Origin: Octopus vulgaris
Taxonomy: Eukaryota
Length of the DNA stretch: 64,000 bases
Reading direction: 5' to 3'
Assembly: GCA_951406725.2 (NCBI GenBank)
Contig: OX597833.1
Span: 57,970,001 to 58,034,000 of the forward strand
The notes under the pieces were generated by a model that was not told where the DNA came from, did no database searches, and saw only the letters and a list, made by a program, of their open reading frames with translations. Position numbers and translations under genes: made by a program. Shown here piece by piece: positions 24,445 through 39,870 of this stretch (the first letter of the stretch is position 1; each line of letters starts with the position of its first letter).

Positions 24445-25547
24445 ATTATGTAACAGGGATGAACTGTAACTGGACATACATTCTGCTAGACTTGCTTAGG
24501 TTCCATGTAGTGTCATGAGGAAAAAAAAATTTAACTTCTTGCCTAGGGCGAGCCAACAGCAATATCGTATCGAGGCTTCTTTCCCCTTAGCGTCCTACGT
24601 TTAACATTCACAAATTTGCTCAACATCTACTCAGGAGAAATACAAGGCAATATTATCGTTTGTCAACGACACATTTTAGGATGTATTGTGCAAGGTACAT
24701 GATGAGATAGGTCGATATTGCCTACCACTGTACCATTTCAGTGTTAGAGTATGTTTTAGATCTTTTCCTTTTGATAGCCAGATTTCAACACAATTTCTAG
24801 TTAACTAAACACTTTGGAAAAGATCCTATGTTTTATTTTTTGGTGTTATATTTTGATATTTTATTTTGCAATCGGAAATATTTTGTTTGCGCAATATACG
24901 ATCTTTCGTTTAAGGCGCCAATAGGCGCAGGAGTGGCTGTGTGGTAAGTAGCTTGCTAACCAACCACATGGTTCCGGGTTCAATCTCACAACGTGGCACT
25001 TTGGACAAGTGTCTTCTATTATAGCCGCGGGCCGACCAATGCCTTGTGAGTGGATTTGGTAGACGGAAACTGAAAGAAGCCCGTCGTATATATGTATATG
25101 TATATATGTGTGTGTGCACGTAAATGTTTGTGTGTCTGTGTTTGTCACCCCCCCCTCCGAACATCGTTTGACAACCGATGCTGGTATGTTTACGTCCCCC
25201 ATAACTTAGCGGTTCGGCAAAAGAGACCGATAGAATAAGTACTAGGCTTACAAAGAATAAGTCCTGGGGTCGATTTGCTCAACTAAAGGTGGTGCTCCAG
25301 CATGGCCGCAGTGAAATGACTAAAACAAGTAAAAGAGTATATATATATATATACTAAGGAATCTAATACGCTTGGCTTAGATTTTCCTTTGCGGCTGGCC
25401 AGGTCGGAGCAATCTCAAGATTAATCAGCCGAAATTGCGAGGATGATCCGGTTCTTGACTGAAGATTGAAGGCTTCGAATGTCCCGTCCGTGTTTTTTGA
25501 ATCGTCTTCTAAATGTTTTGCGTTCTTATCCCAGTTTGTGTTTTTTT

Positions 25548-25586
<39 letters not shown>

Positions 25587-25645
25587 GTATATATATATAT
25601 ACATATATATATATATACATATATATATGTATATATATATATATG

Positions 25646-25687
<42 letters not shown>

Positions 25688-25693
25688 TAAGTA

Positions 25694-25733
<40 letters not shown>

Positions 25734-26202
25734 CACATATATATATGTGTGTATATATATATACATATATATATATACACACATATATATGTATATATAT
25801 ACACATATATATATATATATACATATATATATACACATATATATATATACATATATATATGTATATATATATATATATGTATGTATGTATATATATATAT
25901 ATATGTATATATATACACATATATATGTATATATATGTATATATATATATATATATATATACATATATATGTGTATATATATATGTATATATATATATAT
26001 ATATATAATACTACAAAATTAGAGAGTGGAGAAACATACTTAAATCAATAAAACATCAACTATCCGATGATACCCAATCAATACTTTAATACACCATTAC
26101 ATATGAGTAGAGGCATTATACAAAAAGAGATATACAGTAATAGTAAAAAGATAAAGAGATATAAGTAAAAAATTTCAAATATAATATGCAATTAAATCAA
26201 AA

Positions 26203-26310
26203 CTGACAGCTGTTTCGGCAGTGAGGGCAGTCATACCTCATTTAACCTATAAGCCATAAAGGCAGATATAAATGAGGCATTAACAAGGATGCCCCACGGC
26301 CTCTTCAGAG
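26203..26310 (-). ncRNA. Type I hammerhead ribozyme motif with long stem II
   Basis: Reverse complement of 27651-27758 with two substitutions in stem II. Confidence 0.7.
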
Positions 26311-26652
26311 AATTAAATTAAATTTGTTATAATTGTGAAAAATATTATATAATCATATACATATAAATTTAAAAATATAAAAATGTAAAATATAAAACTT
26401 ATACATCATAATGCTACACTTATATAATATAATACACATTGGTACAATAAAGGAAGGTAAACAGAACAAAATAAAACAAAATATATATCAGTGTATATAT
26501 TAATATTAATAAGTACCGATATTATACATATTTGGCTAATAGTTTATTTTAAAAAAAACCTAACACATAGGGAGATGAAAAATAATAATTAAAACCATGG
26601 TTCAGTTCATAAAATTCTAAAGCTATAAAAGTTAATAAAAATTACTATTAAT

Positions 26653-26710
<58 letters not shown>

Positions 26711-27235
26711 GATACAGTTAAGTTTGCACCAAGTCCATCCTTTCAAGAACGAAATAACTATGAGTTTAGAAATGCTGACCACTAGGTAAAGAAAATTTAG
26801 ATTAATTCGATTGGCTATTGGTTTGAAATTTAAATCACAAAAGAAAATTATACGGTTGGTTAGTCAAGGAACGCCAATATTCACACACGCATCTACAGAT
26901 CAATCGCACATACACACATAGTTATATGTATATACATACACTTATACGCATACATAATCACAAGCAACAACTAGCACATAGATAAACAAAAAGGGAAGCA
27001 ACTATGCTACCATTTAGTCCTACAAAATTATAACTGTGCCTCAAATAACGAAAAAGAACCATCCATGCATTTCATAAAATATTTAATTTAGATATAAATA
27101 TATTTTTAAATATCAGTATGTTACTAAGTCAGATAATTATTTCATGGGTAACTTAAAATTTATAACACCGGTTTGCTGCATAGTAAACATACGGTTGTTA
27201 GATAAGGATGGACTTGGTGCAAACTTAACTGTATC

Positions 27236-27308
<73 letters not shown>

Positions 27309-27650
27309 ATTAATAGTAATTTTTATTAACTTTTATAGCTTTAGAATTTTATGAACTGAACCATGGTTTTAATTATTATTTTTCATCTCCCTATGTGTTA
27401 GGTTTTTTTAAAATAAACTATTAGCCAAATATGTATAATATCGGTACTTATTAATATTAATATATACACTGATATATATTTTGTTTTATTTTGTTCTGTT
27501 TACCTTCCTTTATTGTACCAATGTGTATTATATTATATAAGTGTAGCATTATGATGTATAAGTTTTTATATTTTACATTTTTATATTTTTATATTTATAT
27601 GTATATGATTATATAATATTTTTCACAATTATAACAAATTTAATTTAATT

Positions 27651-27758
27651 CTCTGAAGAGGCCGTGGGGCATCCTTGTTAATGCCTCATTTATACCTGCC
27701 TTTATAGCTTATAGGTTAAATGAGGTATGACTGCCCTCACTGCCGAAACAGCTGTCAG
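27651..27758 (+). ncRNA. Type I hammerhead ribozyme motif with long stem II
   Basis: CT CTGAAGA GGCCGTGGGGCA...TGCCCTCACTGCC GAAA CAGCTG TC AG; inner hairpin ATGCCTCATTTA/TAAATGAGGTAT; palindromic stem III ACAGCTGT; stem I is short. Confidence 0.7.
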
Positions 27759-28122
27759 TTTTGATTTAATTGCATATTATATTTGAAATTTTTACTTATA
27801 TCTCTTTATCTTTTTACTATTACTGTATATCTCTTTTTGTATAATGCCTCTACTCATATGTAATGGTGTATTAAAGTATTGATTGGGTATCATCGGATAG
27901 TTGATGTTTTATTGATTTAAGTATGTTTCTCCACTCTCTAATTTTGTAGTATTAATTTACGGTAATATTATTAACTTTACCCATATAATACAATAGATGA
28001 ACTGATTGTTTGACAATTTTTAACATCTATGTATTAATCTTGTTGGGTACCTATCTGGCAGTATATTGGATATATATTATCCCATGGTGGGTTGAATTTT
28101 CAACCCCTATCTCATTTTATAA

Positions 28123-28178
<56 letters not shown>

Positions 28179-28186
28179 TATACATA

Positions 28187-28236
<50 letters not shown>

Positions 28237-28445
28237 CATACATATATATATATACATATATATATGTATATATATATATGTATATATATATATGTATATA
28301 TATACATATATATATGTGTTTATATATATATATATGTATATATATATATACACACATATATATATGTGTATATGTATATATATATATATACATATATACA
28401 TATATATGTGTATATATATACATATATATATATATGTATATATAT

Positions 28446-28516
<71 letters not shown>

Positions 28517-30014
28517 CATTTATATATATATATATATATATGTAAAAAAACACAAACTGGGATAAGAACGCAAAACATTTAGAAGATGATACAAAAAACA
28601 CGGACGGGACATTCGAAGCCTTCAATCTTCAGTCAAGAACCGGATCATCCTCGCAATTTCGGCTGATTAATCTTGAGATTGCTCCGACCTGGCCAGCCCC
28701 AAAGGAAAATCTAAGCCAAGCGTATTAGATTCCTTAGTATATATATATATACTCTTTTACTTGTTTTAGTCATTTCACTGCGGCCATGCTGGAGCACCAA
28801 GTTGAGCAAATCGACCCCAGGACTTATTCTTTGTAATAGTACTTATTCTATATCTCTTTTAATAAGTTATACGTAAACATACCAGCATCGGTTGTCAAAC
28901 GATGTTCGGAGATTACAAACACAGACACTACAAACATTTCACACACACACATTATACATATACGACCGGGCTTCTTTCAGTTTCCGATTCCGTTGTGAGA
29001 TTCCTTAGTATATATATATATGCGCAAACAAAATATTTCCGATTGCAAAATAAAATATCAAAATATAACAAAAAATAAAACATAGGATCTTTTCCAAAGT
29101 GTTTAGTTAACTAGAAATTGTGTTGAAAATCTGGCTATCACAAAGGAAAAGATCTAAAACATACTCTAACACTGAAATGGTACAGTGGTAGGCAATATCG
29201 ACCTATCTCATCATGTACCTTGCACAATGCATCCTAAAATGTGTCGTTGACAAACGATAATATTGCCTTGTATTTCTCCTGAGTAGATGTTGAGCAAATT
29301 TGTGAATGTTAAACGTAGGACGCTATCAAAGGAAAGAAGCCTCGATACGATATTGCTGTTGGCTCGAGGCAAGAAGTTAAATTTTTCCTCATGACACTAC
29401 ATGGAACCTAGCAAGTCTACAAATGTATGTCTGATTACAGTTCATCCCTGTTACATAATATTCATTTTAATTGTTTCAATATTAAAGTAGATATCTGACA
29501 TAACAATAGAGCGATGTATTACTTTCACTTTTGACACGTAATTCCGATTCACAGAATTCGGAAGGTCAATCTGTGATGTAGAATGTTTTCAGAGAATTCT
29601 TTCACTTTACTCATTTAGTTAATTGACATTAACGGGCGTTGTTATTATTTTCTGAGACTCCCAAAACAGATTTATTATTTCTGAATTATTTTACTTCTTC
29701 AATCTCGACTATTATTTATTAATCCCTTCACAACTTCCAGCATTCCTATAACCTGGTTTCCAGAAAGGAACACTTACAAAAAGTGACACTCTCTCTGTAT
29801 ATAATATTCGTTGCCATATATTTACCCTTCTGAGAAGCTTGGATAGAGATTGGATATAGATAGTGACTGTTATTATTCATTATATCATTTCTACAACTTG
29901 ACCTTTCTTCATTTCACGAATATAACAGAAAGCATAATTTCACAAAAAGAAAACGTACAAATTTTGTTGTCAAAGAAAATTTGCCTTTTTTTATACACAC
30001 ACAGCTATAAAGGA

Positions 30015-30065
30015 ATGGCTGAAGAAATGCAGAAAATAACTGGGAAATTGCAGGAAATTCTACAG
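30015..30065 (+). CDS. First coding exon of the inverted TPR gene copy
   Basis: Reverse complement of 23830-23880; GTGAGT donor at 30066. Confidence 0.6.
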
Positions 30066-30914
30066 GTGAGTATATCAATATATACACTCGCATGAACAAA
30101 TGTACACCTATACTCTCTCTTTTACTCTTTTACTTGTTTCAGTCATTTGACCGCAGCCATGTTAGAGCACCGCCTTTAATCGAGCAACTCGACCCCGGGA
30201 CTTATTCTTTTGTAAGCCCAGTACTTATTCCATAGGTCTCTTTTGCCGAACCGCTAAGTAACGGGGACATAAACACACCAGCATCGGTTGTCAAGCAATG
30301 CTAGGGTGGAAAACACGGACACACAAACATACACACACACACATATACATATATACGACGGGCTTCTTTCAGTTTCCGTCTACCAAATCCACTCACAAGG
30401 CTTTGGTCGGCCCGAGGCTATAGTAGAAGACACTCGCTAAGGTGCCACGCAGTGGAATTTAGACCCGGAAGCATGTGGTTGGTAAACAAGCTACTTACCT
30501 AACACAGTCACTCCTGCGCCTAATACCTTTTCTTGCAGAATGTGTGCGTAAATGTATGTATGTATGTATGTATGTATGTATGTATGTATGTATGTATGTA
30601 TGTATGTATGTATGTATGTATGTATGTATGTATGTATGCATGTATGCATATATGTACATGTGTGTTTGTAAGTGTATGTGTATAGGTATATACGTACATA
30701 CGTATGTATGCCATTATTCAGTTTTATTGCAATATGTCTTGCCAATAGAGAAAGATTTTGTTCCTAACCTAGATCAAGGCTCCTACACTGGTATTACAAG
30801 ATGGCATTATTGTATGTATATATATATACGCGTGCATATTTGTATGTTTTGTTTTATGTATGTAAGTATACATGTTTGTGTACGCGTATATACATGTATA
30901 TATATATATATATA

Positions 30915-30964
<50 letters not shown>

Positions 30965-31431
30965 TACTACCCACAAGGGCTAAACACAGAGGGGACAAAC
31001 AAGGACAGAGAAACGCTCGGCAAGCAAACGTTTCTGCTAGCTCACCGAAGGTTATAATGGATACAGATCGTGTATCAATAGCTATCTTGATGGCGGTGGC
31101 CTCATGGAGCTGACCAGCGGCAGCGATTATTCTTACATCTATAAGAATGCCATATTAATATGGCGATAACAATTAATTTCCAGTAAACGGTGCCGTAATC
31201 TCTTTTATAGAGACTTAGTAATTTTAATATTTCTATTATTGAAAACAAGTGGATATAATCTACTAAAACTAGGTAAATAGAAACCTTCGAACAGAGACGT
31301 CAGTGGCGACACCTGCGGCAGCGATTATTCTTATATCTATAAGAATGCCATATTAATATGGCGATAACAATTAATTTTATATATATATATATATATATAG
31401 TTATATATATATAGCAGAATCCCTCCCCAAA

Positions 31432-32831
31432 TTGGACAACTCGTTTTTCACAGGCAGAAGACAAACCACCCAGAACCCAATCAGTGTCAACACGGCCATC
31501 ACAGCAGCGAATCCCCATGGCAACAACAATGGTTCTTCCATGTCAACCAATCAACCTGAAGAGCAGGATTGGGCATGGTGGTGGGCCCTCAACACAACAG
31601 TCACGTCCCCTACATTAACTGGTCCCAGTTTTGTCATTACCACCAGTTCGTGCAGCAACAACAACATCAGAGTTTCAAATTCTATGAAGGGCACCACAAC
31701 CAACATTACTTCTCCCATGGTACAACGGAGTCCGAGCCCACCCTACGATAAGCGAGCGCTGTTTGGTGAAGACCTTGTTGGAGTTGGTCAGCTGGATCAG
31801 AGGGAACTGAATGCTGCCACCAGAGTTTGAAATCCAGTTAAGAGCACTCTTATCCCCACGGTCGGGGGCTGCCTCTTGCCTAATTCTCTACAATCAGACT
31901 CCTCCAATGACATCCAAGCCCTGTATGGTGAGAGGCTTCCCCAAGCAAAGGGAACCCCAGCTTTGATGTATCTCATTCTGTTGAGAATCCCACCAGGGTC
32001 GCTGCCACCAGTAGTAGTAGTAATAGTAGCAGTAGTAGTAGTACTCGTCGTATGTCATCATTTCTCTTTGATGACTGCCGAGCACTGTTTGGTGTGGATC
32101 ACCTCCCTGGAGGACAAAACGATCAGGCACTGTCAAACACGATGACCAAGGGTTCAAATTCAGCTGAGGGCACCAGCGCAGTCAACAACACGACTGGCCT
32201 TTCTAATGCCTTGCCTGATGCCAGGTCATCAAGTTCATCCTTTGATATCCGAACACTGTTCGGTGTTGATCTCATTCCTGCTGGACAGCTGAATAGGGTT
32301 TCAAATTCACATGAAGGCACACCACCATCACCGACCACCACTACTACTACTACTACTACTAACACTACTACTACTACTACTAATGACAGCAATGAGGAGG
32401 AGAATGTTTGGCAACTTGTTGCTAAAAGAACATTCTCCGTCAATAGCTGTGCCACTGACTCCCCTCGTGACGCAAAAACAGGCGACCACTTTGAGTACAA
32501 TGATAATGACGATCATCTTCTGGTTTCCAATGGCGATAAACTATCCCTGCAAAGGAATGGCAGCAACAGCATGGCCACTGAATCTCTTCCTATGTCACCA
32601 GCATACGTTTCTGCGATGCAGAACAACAATCTGAAATTCAGAGCCAAAATTCCTAAACACCAGAATTTAATGAGGCCGTATACATTCACCACAGACTTGG
32701 CTGCAGCCTCCAAGTGGCTCCCACACCTCACGCAGACTGACTGTGAAGTGAATGCTCCAGTCTGGTCGGGCGATCGTCTGCTTAATGGCACAGAGTTGTT
32801 GAGGGCGTTGGATACGGAAAATATCTTTTGA
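31432..32831 (+). pseudogene. Inverted copy of the DxRxLFGxDL-repeat frame
   Basis: Mirror of 21052-22452 with the same TGA plus a 1-nt deletion near 31948. Confidence 0.5.
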
Positions 32832-32902
32832 TATTCACTTATACTCATGTAGTGTAAATTTAGAGACTTTTATATAACCCGTGTATATATATGTATGTAT
32901 GA

Positions 32903-32945
<43 letters not shown>

Positions 32946-33359
32946 TATATATACGAATACATATATATTTATACACTTACAGAGACAATCAAATGAATAT
33001 ATATATATATATATAAAAACATACATGCATACACTTACGTTTCAAGCGCAAATTTAATGTGGCGTATACATATGAACATGCACACACATATACAAATGTG
33101 TGTGTGTGTGTGAGAGAGAGTTTGTATACGCATTGATAGTATCCTTGTATATTGCTCAGCTAAAATACACTTCTACCGCCACATTACACACACATACACG
33201 CATAAATATATATATTCATATATATATATAGAATACAATATATTACAAATATAGCCATATATCTATTTTTCTTTATTTTATAAAGACATATGTCTACATA
33301 CTTAATCTGTCTGTCTGTCTATATATTTATCTGCTTATCTATCTTCCTATCTACCAATC

Positions 33360-33403
<44 letters not shown>

Positions 33404-33820
33404 CTCTCTCCCCACACACACATGCAGAGTCTTATATATATAAATACAATATATAGTATATACATATGTATATGTGTCCATGCATAATTGTGAGTATGTG
33501 TGTATATACAGATATATAAGCATGGCTGTGTGGTTAAGAAATTCACTTAACAGCCACATTGTTCCTGGTTCAATCCCACTGGGCAAGCCCTTGGGCAAAG
33601 TGTCTTCTACTATGGACTCAGGTGGACCAATGCCTTGTGAGTGAATTTGTTAATTAAAAACTATGCCAAAACATGTTGTAATGTATGTACATATATATAT
33701 ATATATATTATAGAACTATTATAGAACTATTATAGAACGCACATTACTGCTGACATTCCTGGCCAATTACACAATTAGTTAAACTTTTAAACAATATATT
33801 TATCTCTCTCCTCCCCACCT

Positions 33821-33860
<40 letters not shown>

Positions 33861-34156
33861 TGGTTTCATGAACCTCAGTTTGTGACGTTTTGTAGCTTCA
33901 ATGAGAAACACACACACACACACACACATTAGTTGTATGAAATGAGTGAAAAAGAACTCAGTACAATTAGTAAAATATAGTAAAGTAATATAACCTTCAA
34001 TTAGTCAAAAGCACTAACTGTGGCTTATCAAGCTTCTGTGTCAGAATAAAAACAACAAACTGATTGGCGTTCTTGCTTTACCATGACTGTTCTCTGAGAA
34101 GCATGTTTTTACAGATCTCAGTGGATCACACCCTAAAGCTTTCACTATTAATGTTG

Positions 34157-34232
<76 letters not shown>

Positions 34233-34250
34233 GCAGGTGGCACGTATATG

Positions 34251-34291
<41 letters not shown>

Positions 34292-34844
34292 GTGCAGGTG
34301 GCACGTAAAAAGCACCCACTACACTCACGGAGTGGTTGGCGTTAGGAAGGGCATCCAGCTGTAGAAACATTGCCAGATTAGACTGGAGCCTGGTGCAGCC
34401 TTCTGGCTTCCCAGAACCCCGGTCGAACCGTCCAACCCATGCTAGCATGGAGAACGGACGTTAAACGACGATGATGATGATGATGATAGTTAATCCAAAC
34501 AAGAAAACACAAAAAAATGTAAAAACACACAACAACGCGAGGACGTGGAACAAATAAAGTATTATTGGACGCTCAGGAAAGAAGGGAAGAAGGAGGGTTT
34601 AACCTTTCGGAGCGGAGCTCTTCGTCGGAAACATAGGAGAAGGAAAGATCCCGAGAAGGGAAGACGGAAGAAAAAAATCGCCAGCGGTACTCACGTGGTC
34701 ACATATAGAAACTATGGTTACAGAACAAACAAAGGCAAGGTCATCCACATAACATTTCATATCTCGAACATTTAATCATAGAATATACATGTATATACAT
34801 GTATATACATGTCTGTGACGGTTTGTGTGTGCGTCTCTGACTCT

Positions 34845-34887
<43 letters not shown>

Positions 34888-36760
34888 TGTGTGTATGAGT
34901 GTGTATGTGTGTGAGTATTTTTGTGTGCGCACGTCCGATCGAGTGTGTACGTGTCAGTGACTGTGTCTGACTGTATGCGTGTGCGTCTCTGACTCTGCGT
35001 GTGTGTGTGTGTGTTTGAGTATGTGTTTGTGTGTGTATGAGTGTGTATATGTGCCTGTGACTGTATGCGTGTGCGTCTCTGTTTGTGTGTGTGTGTGTGC
35101 GTGTGTGTGTATGCGCGCGCGTGTGTGTGTATACACTCACACACATACACACTCATACACAAACAAACACACACACTCAAAGTCAGAGACGCACACACAA
35201 ACCGTCACAGACAGACACACAGAATGTCTTCAATCTAATCCATTGTCAACTTGAGAAATACTTCTTACGTAGAATGTTTCCACAATAGAAAAGTTTCAAA
35301 TTTTCTAAATAACCGATCCAATTTCTTTTCGAACCTATGATAAATTTGATAACCTGATATTATCCAAGCAATTACCCAAGCAATTAGAGGTCAAAAACTC
35401 CCTGGGATCTTTTCGGTTTGAACGGCAGTTTTTAAAATAATATCTAGGTAACTAAAAAGTTTTAAACTTCGTATACTGGTAGAATGTGTTTATAAAACAT
35501 CTTTTTCTCTTGGCTTTATTGAGAAAATTCTATAGTTTGTAAGATATTTGTTGTTTTTTTCTTCAATTTCTGCAATTTCAACCAATCAGTGACGTCTACT
35601 GAATTAAAAAGCATTGTGTGCCGTATGAATATATCCCTCGTTTAAGAAACAGATTGGGGTAATTTACATTTGTGAAGAAAAAAAAGATACCCTTCCCCCA
35701 CCCTTAACCCTGACCCTAACTAACCCTAACCCTAAAAGAGATTGAAATGCAATAGATCGATACTAGGGTCATAATTATGGGTGACAATTTCATATGACGC
35801 CGCTAAAAAAACTGCCGTTCAAACCGAAAAGATCCCAAGCTGCTGCTAAAGTCGTATGACTGCTACAACAGCAATCAAAAAGATTCATTTTCTGTCGTGT
35901 TTTCGTGAGAGAAAAAAAAACATGAACATCGAAGTGGAATAAATCTTTTATGGTTTGTGTATGATAGTTAAGGAAAGGTTGCCATGATTAATAAAACACG
36001 GGAGACAATATAAACGTGTGTTTAACTGAGTTAGTTCCCTTGAAATAAAATTGTAAAATTCCTTTTCTCTGTATTAAAATTGAGTGCAGCGTTTATACAT
36101 CTAAGTTTTTAGTATAGTGATGCAATTTTATAGAAGACTGGCAGTATAACCCGGCGTTGCTCGGATTTCTTTCGATCCTTTAGAATTGGAATTTTCGAAA
36201 AGTTAAAATTTTGCATTATGTAGCTTGTTATTCTCTTTAAGTGAACATTTTCCGTTTGAAAAACACCGAGAAGTGGCGACAGAGCAGTCAAAAAAATCGT
36301 CAAAAATAAGAGATTTTCATAGAAAAAAAACACCTTTTTCATGTAAATAATTGTTGTTGTTAACATGCTCCGATTTGAATTTTTTCTTCTACGGAAGGAA
36401 GAGCAAGCCTTCTTCTATCATACTCTCAATTTTGGTCAACTTTTGCCGCAGGGTCTCGGAGGAGATAGTGTTAGTTGAAGGCTACCAAACCTTCCATACA
36501 CAGACAACTTCAGCTTTATATAGAGAGAGATTAATTGTACAGAAATATATAATTTCGCTGCTTTTCGGAGACGCGCGCACACACACACACACATGTATGT
36601 ATATATGAATATATATAAATGTGTAGGTGCGAGTGTATGTGTGCGTGTATATGTGTGTGTTATATACTTATAAACGTAGTTGTGAGGTATAAAAGTTGTT
36701 TCTCAACCCTGTGCTACTGGGTTCGGTTTCAATGTGCGGCGATTTCAGTTTCAGCCTATA

Positions 36761-37989
36761 CAGGGGTTGGACAATATAATGGAAACACATTAACATTTCA
36801 AACAACTTTATTTTGATATGGCAGTAATTTTTGATATTTGGCTGTAATTACAAGTTGAATTCTACAAGATATGGACTTGTACAAAGTTTGAATTCTTTCC
36901 AAAGGAATTTTTGTTCAAATAGTCTCCAGTTCTTGTAGTGATGATAGTGGAGGATATCGGCTCCTTCCTTATTTTTCTAAAATGCACAATAAGTGTTTAA
37001 TAATATTGAGACCTGGGGACTGTGGTGGCCATATAAGATGTTCAACCTCACTAAAATGTTCCTCGTACCATTCAGTAACAACTTTAGCTGTGTGAATTTG
37101 TGCATTATCATTCTGAAAAATTGCATTTCGCTCCGGAAACAGTTCTGCAACCACTGGATGAATTTGATTAGATAAAATGCTTAAATAGTCATGTCTATTA
37201 ATTCTGCCATGAAGGAAATTCATTGGGCCAGCGGATTTCCAAGATATAGCCCCCAAAGCTCATCATTGCAGATCCTCTTCCATGTTTAATAGAAGAAAGC
37301 AGTCTGGGTCAAATGCTTCTTTCGGCTGACTCCACAAGTACACTCGTGGTCGGAAAAAGGTAAAGGATGACTCGTCCGAGAAAATAACATTCATCCACTG
37401 CTCTGGGGACCAATTCTGTAGATTTTTACTCCACTCTAAACGCTTTGCAACGTTTGTTTTTGAAAGTAGTGGTTTTCTTGACTGTAGCCCTCCCTTGAAA
37501 TCCTGCCTTTTGTAGCTCCCGGCGAACTGTTCTTGTGGAAACCGGGTTCTCGAGGTGGTCATTAAGCTCTACAGTAATTTAGGGAGCTGTACTTTTGTGA
37601 TTCTTTCTAATAATTCGCATAAGAATCCAACGGTCCCTATCTGGAAGTTTTGGTTTTCTTCTGGAGTTTTGTTTCAACGAGGAGGTTTTTTCCTCTTTCT
37701 CAAAGGCTGTCATTACTTTCGAGACTTCTTGATACACCAAACATTTCAGCTGTTTTCGTTACGCTAGCGCCTGCTATACGAGCACCAACAATTTGACCGC
37801 TTTGAAACTCCGATAGATCTGTCATCTTAATGAATTTTAATTACCTTATTTTGATGAAATCTGAAAAGAAAAAGCAATTTTAGCAAAACATATTAAGCAA
37901 CACTAATAATAAATCAAAAAACGTTTTGACGGTTTTATAAATATCTCAAAATTATGATGTTATGATGCTAGGTGTTTCCATTATTTTTG
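36761..37989 (-). mobile_element. Tc1 copy 3 (mirror of copy 2)
   Basis: TA|CAGGGGTTGGAC start; reverse complement of 15900-17129. Confidence 0.9.
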
Positions 37990-38097
37990 CGCGTGTGTGT
38001 ATGTGTGTGTGAGAGAGTGTTATATCATATTATATTACATATTATAAGTGATCTGCAACAGCCTGTCCTTCATATTGTTGTTGTTGTTGATGTTGAC

Positions 38098-38131
<34 letters not shown>

Positions 38132-38379
38132 CATTTATCACTCTGTCAAACACACCCCTTACATTGTTCTCTCACGTATTTACGCTCAGTTTTCTGTGCG
38201 TATATTCAAAACATCGAACATTCGAATCCAAAATGCTCAGCCACTACATCAACCGTATCAGACTAGGAAAGGTTTGACATTGTTTCATTAACTAAAAATC
38301 GAAAATTGGAGAATATTTTTTTGTCAATGATAATGTGTGATATCATATTTCATACGCAATCTTTTTGTTTTTATTTCAG

Positions 38380-39870
38380 GATGAAGGAAGTAGAAGAGAA
38401 TCGTATAGGGAGAGAATTAAAAGATTTCCAAATGTAATGGAAGAAAGTTTTGAGAAAACCAAAGACGTTGGGTCGTCTCTCCTCTAAAAAAGTAGAAAAT
38501 TCGTTGAGTAATGATATCTCATTTGGTTTAGAAGATGAGATTCGTCAAAAGAACACGTCCTAGTATATATTCTGTGGCAGATGAACGATAAATTTTCAGC
38601 TGAAAAAAGGTAGCCAATGAAGTTCGAGAAAAAAGAGAAGCCAGATAACCTGGTGGCATTAACCAACCATGCATTCATTCATTTGTACAATGGAAATATC
38701 CCTGAGGTAAGAAACCTTTTGGATAATCTAAGCAAGCTTGAAGAAAGAGAAAATTTCTCGCTGATAGAAGCAGAAGGCAAAAGAAATGTTGCTTATTGTT
38801 TAGCTACTATATCTTTTAAAGATCATGAAAGAGCTATCGAACTTTACAAAGAGTCTCTCAACGTTTGTCCAGACGATTATCTGTGTATGTTTTCTATTGC
38901 TTTGTTGCAATATCGTTGTTTAAGAAAGACCATGGATCAAGAGAAAATGCGTGAAAATATTAAGGAATCAATACAGTACTTAGAGAAAATACGATGTGCT
39001 TTTCCACACCATATTGATAAGGCCCTAATGGGTAGAACATTAGCATTGATAGGTTTGTTTAAACATACTCCTTGTCTTCTTCGCAGTCAACCATGTGAAG
39101 TGTATTTTCAGAGAGCTCTTCATATTTCCCCTGATGACCGCTATGTTTTGGAGAAAAGTGCCTATCATTATATACGTTCAAATCAGCTTGAACAAGGAAG
39201 AGAATTGTTTGAAAAAGCAATTGAAATAACAGCAACATCATATTCTCATCATCGGCTTGGATCAATTTATCTAAGAATGTATACACCAACATATACATAT
39301 GTCCCAATGAACAAACAATTCTCAAAAGAAACGAATGTATTTGCGAAAGTTTTATATCATGTTCGAAGTATTCCTCATAGAGAAAGGAATGAGTTAATCA
39401 ACAAAGCTGAATATCACTTTGAACAAGCTCTTGAACTTTCTCATGAATGTTCAGTTACTCTCTTTGATATCATTTTATTATATATCTCTTTGAAAGAATA
39501 TGACAATGCCAGGAAGTATTGTGAAAGATTTAAAGCAGATAATATAATGCAAGATGTTAATTTTAACATTTTTGTTTGGAAGATTATGTTTTGAAGAAGC
39601 AGATGAAAAAATGATGAAGAAGAAAAAGATCAATTAAGACGTTCTGGAATGAATAGGTTTGTTCTGGCTCTTAAATCTGCTGTACAATGTCTTCCTTTCA
39701 ACAAAGACCTGATAGAAATTTGGGAGATAAAGGAAATAGTACTTGATTTATATAAGTATGGAAATGGAAATACTGAATACAAAAAATTTATTTTGGAATT
39801 CATTCACTCAGTAGAAGACCTTGCCAATGACAAAGCGTTCCAAAATATACTTCACAAGAGTGAATTATAA
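38380..39870 (+). pseudogene. Inverted copy of the TPR terminal exon with frameshifts (pseudogene or consensus errors)
   Basis: Fragments 38617-39594 and 39649-39870 match the 14029-15510 protein; indels cluster at ~38465-38640 and ~39570-39610, mostly in homopolymers. Confidence 0.7.

Noticed and set aside
25356-25545. Hammerhead in the repeat family at 25356, 28545 and 63340 (GGCTGG...CAGCCGAAA; CTGAAGA...CGAAT)
   Set aside because: The two half-cores never occur together in the correct arrangement.
25363-28625. Many YI/IY-, HT- and CV-rich ORFs here and throughout the window
   Set aside because: They are translations of (TA)n and (CA)n microsatellites.
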